The translations under genes were made by a program, and so were the position numbers. From assembly GCA_907165135.1 (NCBI GenBank), contig OU015568.1:13454001-13518000 (forward strand): DNA of 64,000 nt, given 5' to 3'. The stretch is from Oikopleura dioica (taxonomy: Eukaryota > Animalia > Chordata). A model generated the notes under the pieces. The model was given only the letters and a program-made list of their open reading frames with translations. It was not told the DNA's origin and ran no database searches. Below, in pieces: positions 53,434 to 64,000 of the stretch (position 1 is the stretch's first letter; each line of letters begins with the position of its first letter).

Positions 53434-55080
53434 AGGAAAAAACGAAAATCCAAAAAGTGAAAATTCATTTTCCAATTCCAACTCGAGTGGATTCAACAAC
53501 AAAAAAACAAACAAAAACACAAACAATACACAAAACAGCAGAAGCCACTCACACTCTCTCAAAACCCCAGATGCCTACAATATTATTATGTGATACGTTA
53601 CTATTGCGTATTGTAATAAAGTCTAAAGAAAATCTGTGCATCTTTCTCTCTCTCTCTCTTCTTTCTTCTTTCAAGACAACAACAAACAACAAAAAATCGT
53701 CAAAATTCTTCGGTTTATATTTATTCATAAATTTTAAATATTTTTCCTTCACTAAAAATCTCCGTGTGATTTGTTACCTTCTTGATACTTTTTTGCACAG
53801 CTCTTCTGCCCTGAAGATGCTGTCAGAGAGAGAATACTTTTATTTCCGTGATTCGGGGGGCCCCTAAATCACAGAAAAAGTATTCTCTATCTTTAATTCG
53901 AACGAAAATAGATTTTTTCAAGCTCGAAAGTTTAAAGTTTTACAACCTCGCGTTATCTTCACTTGTAGATTTGTATTATATTAGACAAAACAAACGAAAT
54001 TTCGTATTTTTTCTTTACCCTTTCTTCTTTGTCGTTTTTTTTATTATTTTGCCTTCATTTTTCGTCCCATAAATTTACAGTAAGAAAACAGGCTTCTATC
54101 TGATCTATTGGAGTAGAAGATTGAAAATTCAGGAGAAAGTTTTAGCCATCGAAATTTTATCGGTAGTCGGATTAATTTGAAGCTCTTGATTATGATTATA
54201 ATGAATCAATATTAATCAAAAAATTGAAAAAAAAGGGATTCTGGAGAAGAACAAACCAGGTAGATAAGTGGCGATTTTTGAGAGCTCTTCAAATTCGAAA
54301 AGAAAGCGGGAAGTTCTTGTTTTCGACTTTTTTACTGAGTTTTTATTACTCCATAGATTTAACGCGTTTTGGCAGAGAAAGTGGCTGTTCTGATCAGCTT
54401 TTATTTTCGGTCGTTAGCCCCTGCTGAACTCTGACCATAGTTTATGAGTTAATCAGAGGAACCTTTCGCTTGAAATCGCCGTCTCTAGAATAAAATCGCA
54501 TCTACACCTGATTTTCATTTTTTTCCAGGCATCAGAGAAGTCTCCTGTTTTCTGCACAAGTCCAGTTTCTATACAGTAGCCATTCACCAAAAAGCTAAAA
54601 GAGAAGCTCTTATCATACCTCATCAAAGTCTTTCTCTTTCAAAGTCGATAAAAAAGGTAAATTTTACTTATCAATTTTGCTTTCACTTATATTTCCTCCC
54701 TTTTCTTATCCTCCTTCCTTTTCTCTTATCACCCCCTTTTCGTATCATTATCTATTTCTAGTTCTTTTACATTTCTATAATTTTCGTCCGTTTAAAATTT
54801 CAATTTTACGAAAAAAGCCTCGAAAAAGTTCAATGCGAACGTTTTTTTATTTCCTCATTTCGCTTATCCGTTCCAATAGTTCACAGTCTTTATTTGAATA
54901 TTTGAAATTTGTTATTTTTTACCAACCCGTCTGTTTTTTTCAAATTTTCTCTCTTGTTCAACCTTTTTTCAATAAAAGAAAAATAATATTTTCAAGCTTT
55001 CGGATCAGACGTCAGCTGACTTTGTCTTGTCTTTCTCTGTCCTTATTTAATAAAATTGATTTTTAAAGATATGGACCGGA

Positions 55081-57577
55081 ATGGGCGACGCTCACGGGTT
55101 CAATTCTGCTAGTATCAGGCTCGAAGCGGACGAGTTCAGAGAATGGACGCCATACGAAACTGTGTTCAATAATTCGGTGCGAAATTTGGTGCTAGAATGC
55201 ATCTTCATTGGAATTCATCTTGTCATTGGACACTTTTTTCTCAAGTAAGATAATTTATTTGTCGAGCAAAACCGATAATAGCGACGATCTAAAATCTAAA
55301 GCAAATATTCATGCGGATTAGGATAATACCATTTTAAAGTACTATTGCTTCCATAGAAAAACATCGAAGCCATGTTAGGTTTAAATAATGTTCCAATGAA
55401 TCCACTAAAGGTCGCTAGAGTTATTTTGTTATCTACCGCTTCAAATTACGAAATCAAATCATCAAGCTTTATCAACCTTCAGATTTTATCGCCGCCCTTT
55501 GGAAGCTGAACTTCCAGATTTGAAGCACCTCCATGACATTCACGATGTAGTCCTAAAAAACAACAACCGCGATGACCAATTTGTCTATCTCATCGCTCAA
55601 GTAAGTCTCCTAAAGAAACGTTAAAATTCGGAGAGTTAAAAGTCAAACGAGCTTGTCTTTGATTCTAACCTTTCAAGCTCATAAAACTTGTTTTAAAGAT
55701 CTCCTGTACATTCGGTGTCTCAATCGGCTTTTGCTGCTTGTCTCTTCTTCCCCTCTCGGTCCTCAGCAACGAAATCAAAGTCTTTTGCTCGAACGACGTC
55801 TGCCCCTACTGGTGGTTCGAATGGCTCACTGCTGATCTCATTCTCGAAGGCTGGAGTCGGCAAGTTTCAAATTGAACGGCGTAATTTTAAATTTCCATCT
55901 AGTGTTTCCGTTCTCACGTCAGTCTTTCTTCTTTTGGTCCTGCCGTTTACGTTTTTCTTAATTGAAGCAGACGGCTTTTCCTGGGGCCCTCCTAAAGGAA
56001 TACGCGCCAGGCTTTATGAGACCGTCATAACCTGTCTGTTGCTGCTGGTCTTGGTTGTTTTCTTCGTTGTTGTCCTCGTAAGCACCATTCTTAGAATAAA
56101 GACCTAACTGTCCATTTTCAGCTCGGCCTGTTTGGAAGAAAAGATATCTGGACAAGTTGGGGCATCTACCAAGTCTTGGAAAGCGCCCCACTGCTTCGAA
56201 CGGCCATCAGCTTCACAGCAATCATCGTACTTCTTCTCGGCCTCCCACTCGGTCAACAAGAATTATTGAACAAGACGATAGATCCGCTTCTACTCAAGCC
56301 GCATGGAAGTATCAAGGCGCAGCGAGACGAAATCAATCTCGAGCGGGGTTATATCAAGAGACGAGTGAGTTACTTTCACGGAAACCAAGGAGAAAGCGCA
56401 GACTTAGAGATGCAAAATCAAGACGAAACTGCAGAAAATGTATATCGCAAGTTTTCAAAGAAAGAAAAGTTATCGCGAAATCATTTATTGTTGTATTTGA
56501 AGGCATTCATGAATTCTTAACAGGAGTTTATATTCAAAAAGCAAGCCATGCAAATACAAAGCAATTTTATTTCAGAACACCTTCGCATTTAAACATTCAT
56601 TACGAATTTATCGTGGAAGCTGTACCATGTGAGTGCAAAACCACTGATGTGTTTTTTCAGATCTCGCGTATTCGTCCACGATTACGAAGGCGCTCCGTCG
56701 CGGCGAGCGAGCTCATCGATCGCGAGAAAGCACTCCAGGTTAATATTTGATTTTTTATCTTTATATTTTTTTTTGATTGAAAGCATGAATTCCTCTTTCG
56801 GGGTAAGTTAATTGACTTTTATATCTAGGCCGAGTCGGAAAAACTCGAAGAAATGCTGAATATGTCTCGCCTGAGTCGATTTCTTCTTCGGCCGCTGTAT
56901 CTGATCCTCATCATCTGTTCAATGACCCTCACCATCGCCGCCTGCTTCTACCGCGCATTCCAAATTCTCCTCGTCGCCGATGCCAAAAGCAAGCTTGCCT
57001 TTTCCGCCAACAACTTTGGCGCCATCTCCCTTGGAAAGAATTTCATCTTTTGGAACATCCGCTTCATAGAATTCTTTGCGGCGACGCTGAAATTTATCGC
57101 AACGATTTGGATTGCGATATCTGCGATGCTGGGTTTTTACAAGAGGCTGTTGCCGGAGAAAATTTTGCCGCAGAAAATATCCACGCCGCTTCATAAACTA
57201 ATTTTACACGTAAGAAGGTTTTCATAGCACTGAAATTATTATGTTTAGTGCATTTTATTCCTGGTTCTTTGTTCGGCAATTCCACTTTTATGTGCCTTAC
57301 TGGCAGGAGTTCCTTTGCCGATCAACTTCTCCGGCTCGCCCGCTCTCGTCGGCTCATACTATCAAATGATCTTTTGTGTTTATTACTCGTTATTTTCGCT
57401 TCGCAGGTAATCGCTCCCATGGGGCCATTTTTACAACTCCTCCGGTGGCGATTTCAAACCGCATTTTTCAGTATGTTCAAGACATTATCGTCGAGCAAGC
57501 GCGTAGAGATCATCTCCCGTTGGAAAACAGCCTGGAACAACTCCCCTTCGCCTCGCAAAGCATCACAGCCTCCGTAG
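55081..57577 (+). CDS. LMBR1: LMBR1/LMBR1L (limb region 1) family multi-pass membrane protein
   Basis: Motifs LLPLSVLSNEI, LPFTFFLIEADGF..KGIRARLYET and LGFY..TPLHKLI..SAIP. GC-AG intron at 55860-55902 with a consensus GCAAGT donor. Confidence 0.85.
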
Positions 57578-57788
57578 TTCGAGAAGGACAACAAGAAAAA
57601 AAATTCTCCAAGCTTCAACTCATCAACCATCAAAACAAACCATCCCAAAAGTTCTTCCTGTATTTTTACCACAGAAAATCCTTTTTTGTATACTTGCATT
57701 TACTACCTCTTAATTCAGTTAATACGTGCCCAAAACATGTTCGAAACTAAAAAAACTTGATTGTTATTACGAATTATTTTATTATAGA

Positions 57789-58496
57789 ATGATTGTTGAA
57801 ATTTTAACTCTGCTAAATGTCGGCATCAACTGCTTCTTCCAACTTCCACAAGTCATTCTGCTAGGTCGTCAATACCTTTCCAAAAACAAGGATGAAAACG
57901 AAAACAAAAAGCTCACGCCTTCTGCAAAACCAACGCCGAGCAATTCAACTATTAATATGAACACGATCATGATCAAAACCACTGGTGCCTATTTAGCGAG
58001 CTTTTACTACCTTGAAAATGGCGTGCCTATCTTGAGCTGGATCCATCAGATCTCTTCTATCATCCAAGAAACGATGATGATGTATTTTTGGTAAGAAAGA
58101 CATAAAAACTACTTCTACTTGATTTAGATTTATAGCTCGAAAACGGAAGGTATCTCCTTGTCCAGTTTCATCGCAAACATTTTCCTACACCTTTCCTTCG
58201 TCTATTCGCTCGTGCATTTCACGCAAATAGTAACTGTCGGTCTTTTGACAAAAACGCTGCTAACCTCCTTATTCAAACTCAAAGTCGTATCATCCTTGTA
58301 TTCCTCGAAAGACTCGACCTCGATTTCCCTTTCCTCGAATTTCCTATCGCTCATGGGCAATATCACGATTATCCTGCTCAACTTGGTTCAGGGCGGCTTG
58401 AGCCAAATTTATGTTAATGCTGGTGTTAGCCTTTCCTTAGATTTGATTATCATTGCGCTGACTGTAATGTACGCTTCTGTCAAAAAGAATAAATAA
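57789..58496 (+). CDS. SLC66A3: PQ-loop membrane protein (SLC66A3/PQLC3-MPDU1 family)
   Basis: FQLPQVI motif, YYLENGVPILSW..IIQETMMM, several hydrophobic helices, ATG preceded by TAG-A. Confidence 0.65.
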
Positions 58497-60418
58497 TTAC
58501 TACTATCCCGTGGCTCAACTTTTTTAACCCATTCCAATCACAGATACTTATTTCATATTCTAAGGACCAGAAATGATTGTATATATTTTGAGACTCAAAA
58601 TATATACATTTAACTTCGCATGCAGTTCCATAACCAAAAATTAAGAACTCGCTTTTTAAAAAAATGAGAAATCAATAAGCCCCGCTTACAGAGCCAGACT
58701 TCCAAATGAGCTAATATTGGCTGAACACGCATTTCAGAAGGTTCAATTTTGGAGAGTCTATTTTGCTACTCTTTTAAAAGCATTAACAAATAAATCTTAT
58801 ATATCTAATTCAGCGGTTTTTACTTTTTCCATGCATAGAATGCTCGTCTTACAGACACTTCTTGATCGTGCGACTCAACTCAAAATGAATAAGTAAGTCT
58901 TTGAGTGATGCTTCAATAACTCCTCAAGAATTCGTGGTTCATTTATGTAAACTCTTGAAGATCTGTTGGAATCAAGGAAGAGTTCAAGTAGCGCATTTTT
59001 AATAAGCGCCTCGGCTTCCTAAGACGCAGGGATTAAAAGTCTTTCGTTGATTGAAGAACGTCATCATTGGAGGAGCAATCTCATCTGTGTTTCTTTTTAC
59101 GTCATTAGAAGCAAATTGCATGTTCTGTTTCCAGGATTGGGTTTATTTTCCTACTAGACATCGAGCGCTAGACAGGCTATTGTATTAGAATTAAATTCTG
59201 AGACGGTGAGACTGGACCAAAAGAAGTTAAGTGTCAATTAGTCTATTTTAATTGAATAAACCGTGGCAAGTTCAAAAATTAACTGGCGAACGAAAACGCG
59301 AACACAGACATGGATTCAATTTATGACTGCAATTGACTTCCTCGCCGCAAATTATCAATTTCTTCCCCAAGGAAAGGCGCGATTTTAGTTGTTATTGTTT
59401 ACTAAAGAATGATTAAATTTAAACTTATATAGCATCAATATCCAGATGCATGGAACGGTGTGAAAGTTGGTCGAATTACTCTCGCTACGATACCATGTCC
59501 TAATAATGAATATTTAACAATAGAAAAAGCAAGTCCCTGGGGAATCGGGGCTCATTGTCCCGCTCTAAACAAGAATCTGACTCAGCCACTAGCCCAATCG
59601 AGCCTTAGTAGGATAGAGAAATACGCAGCTAAAGAGGAGAAACAACGAAAGAAAGCAAGAGAAATTTCGCATACCTAAAGAGGGTCATTGCAGAGAATGA
59701 AAACGAAGAGTGGGAGACGCATTTTATTGGTTTTTCGCTCGTTGGCGAGTGCCCGCAGAACATCACGCCGCGACCTGAGAAAAATTTGACATCGATCGAA
59801 GGGAAATTCAGCCGACTTAGGAAGATTAAGAATCCGAATATGCAATATTATTGACTTGACTTCAGCAAATCTCTATGCAGCAGAATACAGGAACTTGATA
59901 ATTCGATATAATCGGTAATTGACTAGTTGAGAGAGCATTATTTTGATAAACTATATCTGTATATCTATGTCTATATAATTCTACGTAAAGTTCAGAGGAA
60001 ATACGTCAGAAGTCCGAAAATCAATTCACTCCAGGCGCAAAGATTTCTTCGAATAACTTTTAAAGAATGAAACCAACGATTGAGAATCAAGCCTGAGTGA
60101 ACGGATAAACATAAGATTTTAAGAAGAAGATGAAGTTAGACACGAAGTCTGCAGAGATTAGAGACATAGAGAGATCTCGATATAAACTTGCTCTTGGTCG
60201 AGGATTTTAGAAATAAGCGATTTGTTCGTTTACTTTATTACTGTTCTCCCAGACGGTTTATCTCTGTTTATTTCTAAGATAACTACCTTTGCGGATAAGC
60301 TCATCTGCGAAAATTTATAATCAGCTTTGTTTACTCCTTCACTAAGATCAAAACTCTTCAGTAAAAATATTCTCTCCTTTAGACTGTTCGGGAATCGGGT
60401 CATTCCACCTAGACCACC

Positions 60419-63400
60419 ATGGATGACACCATTCCTATGCCCGATCTGAGTCATTTGACTGAAGACGAGCGCCAGTCTATCATGAAAGTAATGCAACGGC
60501 AACAAGAAGAAGAGAAACGAGAGAAATCCATGTATCAATCAGGTAATCTCCCCTCGAATTACAGGCCGGATTTTTATATCTCGCGTTTTAGTCGAGCGTA
60601 ATCTGGCAGTTTTAAAAGAGAAACACTTATCCGGAGCCGCTCCGAATCCGAAAGCGCAGAGTTCCCAGCCCCCTCCTCCAGTTCAAAAGAGTATGAACAC
60701 GCCGCCTAAGGAAGCAGTGCCTCCGGGGTTGTGCCCGATCTGCAGGAAGACGCAACTCGCCCGCGGGTGTGGACATCGCTGCGGATTCTGCAAGTTGGTC
60801 TTCTGCTCGCGCTGTGGCGGCAAGTGGCAGGTAAATAGAGATATAAACAAATTGTGAAGTGGTGCTTTGTTTATTTACAAGGATTTACAGTAAATACCCT
60901 TCAAGTCAGTGCTTGCAAGAGTTGTTTTTACAGCAGTGATCGAGCTTGAGAACGCTGCGCAAATTCGACTGGTTATCCCAGTTTGTCAAGTGCATAATAA
61001 CATTTTTTCTTTTGCTCTCTAAAATTATTCTTAACATTTTTCAAGGTATTTTCGAAACATACCATAATCGTTGGCCATAATAAGTAAACTTTTCTTATTT
61101 CTCCTTGCCTCTTCGAGGGCAATACATTTCTTCGATGTGTAGCAATCGCCTGCATCCGCCAAATAGAACCACTTCTTCAATTTCGATTCTTTCGTTGCAG
61201 TAAAATTGTCTTCCACCTTGTCTTTTCTGATTTTGAACTTTATCTGGACGTGAGCACGGCCTTTTTTCGCCTTGATCCTTTTGATTTTTGCGATGAACAC
61301 GATGTCAAAGCTGCAGAAATGTTCGCGGATCGTCATCTCGTCATTGTCCTAAAATAGAGTTCCGATAGCCGTTATCATTAGTTTTTTACCGCAACTGATC
61401 CAAGAACGCAGAAACTTTCGGGATCCTTGCATTTCGAAGATCCAAAATGGTCATTCACGGATACTGCTGGTTTCGATGGTCTCTTTTCATCGGGCGGTAT
61501 GCAAAGACCACCTTTGTCGTTTTGACGAGGGAAACGATCACATGCTAGCGAGTCTGGCCAGCCCAAGCGATGCTCTTGCAGCTTCTGAATACTTGGTCGA
61601 CATGTGTTTTGATTTTATTTCTTTTTACCGGTAAAAGTTGATCTTTGACCGACTCACAGAGCTCCTTGCATGGTGGAATCATCATCTTCGGGCCACTTGG
61701 CAGGCAGACTGGTGCGTACATTGAACAGATAAACTTCTGGACCTCCTTGACCTCGTACTTCTGCCGGGATAAGAGTGGCTTCCAACTTCGTGATTGTTGA
61801 ATAACCTCGTCTAAATAAAAGGTCAATGATAGTTTTTGAGCCTTTACTTACCCATGGTCTCATGCTTCATAAAATTTGGGAGCCACATTGTTCGGTAAAA
61901 CTTTCCAGAGCCAGTGATATTGTGACAAATTTCGAACTCCTCTGGTATTTCTACGCATTCGTGTTGCCCTGGCCATCCATACTAGACTCAAAGTATTTCT
62001 TTGTGCAGAAAATTAGGGGATTTACCTGACTAATCTCTTTCGAAACTAACTGTTCTAGGCCGGATTCTTCAGTGTTGGAGCTATCTTTTACTTTTGGTCT
62101 TCGACGAGCAGCATAAGCCACCAAAAAGTTTAAAAGGAGAGCCTTCATATTTTTTGAAAAAATTCTCGGCTTGCGGCCAAATGAGTTCTGTCCGCGTGCC
62201 CAAACTTTTTCTCTATTCTCTTTAACTGATGCGGTTAAAAGGTTCCTATTGTGTCTCGTTGACTTTGGTTGGGCGGTTATTTATTCAGTACAGGGCGTCC
62301 TCTCTTGGTGGCGTGCGAGCATGAGATTCTATTCTCCTCCGCTCTTGTTTTTTTGAAAGAATGAAGATGCACCTGCATCGCACATTCGAACCGGATAAAT
62401 ATTTACATCAGGCCTGCTCTGATCTTCAAGTGATAAGCTGATCATTATTACGCTTCAGTAGCGCGCCGGAACTTAGCCGCACTTTCACAAATTGCCTTTC
62501 AAAGGGACGAGCAATTTTATGGCCTCTTTACTCGACCTACCTTTTCATCCTCTTTTAGGTTAAAAACGAAACGTCCAGTGGAATGGTTTGGTTTTGCAAT
62601 TCTTGCCGAAAAAAGCCGCCTTCTGGGGCTGGTCTGAGGTTAAACGACCAGGTCATTGAGAAGAAATCAACAAGAGTCCATGCAATGAATGTGGCAGAGA
62701 CTCAGACGCTTCCAAGTCCGCTGAAAAGGCCAAGTCTAACGAGGCAAGATTCGGAAAGCATAGAAAAGCAAAACTTCAGGATTCCCAAGGAGTCCCATTC
62801 GATGCCTAGATCAGGTACTTATTATGGAGGTTTCCCTATTAACTGCTTTCAGGTATTACCAGTCATTCGAGCAGCCACACGCCTGGAGACAATCCAAGCG
62901 TGCGGAAGGCAAAGCGGTCACCTCCCCTTGGCGAGTTGGATTCTGGCATTGCGAGCTTATCAATCGAAGAGGGCAATCCAATCGACACCGGAACATATCA
63001 TCCAAACTCTGGCATGGAACACTATCCACACGATATGTCGCTGAACGAGCAAGACAGCAGTAAATCACGGACACTGCCCGAGCGATCCTCCAATGGCAAG
63101 GTTCGCCCTAGAAGACGGGTGCTTCCTCGCGACCCATCACAAGATAATGAAGGTCAACTGGGCCTTACATCACAGAAAAACTATAGAAGCCAGCCAGATT
63201 TGCTCGGACATAATCAACGGACGAAGGAATCACCTCTGGGCCAAAGAAAACGAGAAGCAGAAGATCCTTTCTTTGCTCACAACGAGAGCTGGTACAAGAG
63301 AAGTTTTGACATGTCAGATTGCGTTTCGGATACGTCGTCATATGGCGGTAAAAGGTAAGGAATCCGTTTGTTCCAATTTCTTATCATTGCTAGTAGGGAC

Positions 63401-63876
63401 CATGTGAGCCAATTCGAAATGGACTCCACCGCAGTGTTGATAAAACTCTGGTGGGAGAACTTGGCTGAAACAAGAGAAGGAGATGGTCGCCTAGTCTCAG
63501 CAGTAGAACGCGTATCGCAAGTCTATCAGCATCGAGGTCCTCCAGCTGTGCGCCTGTGTCTAGTCCACCCTGGAAAAGGCAGAGCTTCCAGAAGACGCAC
63601 CGTTGCTTCGGCAAATGAGGCTATTGAAACGAGAGACGGTGGATGGTGCTGGACAAGTCAGACTCCACCAATCGCCTGGGGGCCTTTGCCCAAACGAGCT
63701 CTTCAAAGGTATCGCCTCAAAAGTTGCCTCAGGGCTTAATTAATTCTTAGACTTGCGCTGGAGATAAGTCTATGCGATGACGAAAGAAATGTTCTCAGCA
63801 GAGCTCTAGTTGGATTACTGGACGTCAACTTTGACGCCAGGGCGAAGTGGTACAAGCTCTATCCTTGGTCCTCTAG
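60419..63876 (+). CDS. RIMS1: RIM (Rab3-interacting molecule) presynaptic protein, partial; runs off the window
   Basis: Motifs MPDLSHLTEDERQSIMKVMQRQ, the Zn finger CPICRKT..GCGHRCGFC..FCSRCGG / VWFCNSCRK, and a divergent C2A domain (IKLWW..LEISL..KWYKL). Confidence 0.85.
61031..62148 (-). CDS. SFRP1: Secreted frizzled-related protein (sFRP1/2/5-type; CRD + NTR), nested antisense in a RIM intron
   Basis: Motifs CVEIPEEFEICHN, MWLPNFMKHETMDEVIQQSRSWKPLL, FICSMYAPVC, PCKELCESV and WPDSLACDRFP, plus the NTR-like EHFCSFDIVF. Lies wholly within intron 60831-62558. Confidence 0.88.
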
Positions 63877-63921
63877 GTAAGAGTCAATTCTTAGAGTACA
63901 GTTCCAGGGCCTCTTTCGGCC

Positions 63922-63994
63922 GGCCGCGTGGCCTAATGGATATGGCGTCTGACTTCGAATCAGGAAGTTGTGGGTTCGAGTCCCATCGTGGTCA
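63922..63994 (+). tRNA. tRNA-Arg-TCG: tRNA-Arg, anticodon TCG
   Basis: 73-nt cloverleaf: acceptor GGCCGCG/CGTGGTC, anticodon loop CTTCGAA, T-loop GGTTCGAGTCC. Located in a RIM intron. Confidence 0.95.
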
Positions 63995-64000
63995 AAACTT

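Noticed and set aside
53430-55066. Several 60-145 aa ORFs rich in F/L/K/S
   Set aside because: Low-complexity AT-rich 3' UTR or intergenic sequence with no splice-consistent gene model.
55071-55112. Out-of-frame upstream ATG overlapping the LMBR1 start
   Set aside because: The true start or an upstream coding exon is unresolved, so a regulatory uORF cannot be supported.

Overview
Gene-dense eukaryotic DNA with chordate-like proteins, many 30-70 nt introns, same-strand gene runs with intergenic gaps as short as 41 nt, and several GA/GG/GC-AG introns. This points to an appendicularian tunicate, most likely Oikopleura dioica (inference). Genes in order: minus-strand cluster GEMIN2-DUS1L-PDCD5-ATPAF2-PRPS1, then MYBBP1A and a 7-unit polyubiquitin; plus-strand cluster of an unknown ORF-UBR3-ESD-TXNDC17; a class II aldolase-like gene; an EGF + ITI-heavy-chain-C-like protein; a two-domain (WSCD-type + Gal3ST-type) sulfotransferase; PWP1-MTG1; PDE8; LMBR1-SLC66A3; and a RIM gene hosting an antisense sFRP and a tRNA-Arg(TCG). 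Seven non-autonomous TIR elements with readable target-site duplications (TSDs) are present: four hAT-like, one MULE/Foldback-like and two TTAA/Kolobok-like. No transposase ORF was recognised. The most interesting signal is a possible transposon-to-intron continuum. One MITE sits inside a PWP1 coding exon and another duplicates an ATPAF2 splice acceptor, and both have in-frame splice-out routes that use the AG in the TSD. In addition, long GA/GG-AG introns in MTG1 carry inverted repeats just inside their ends. All exon models were built by eye from remembered homologue motifs and are unverified.
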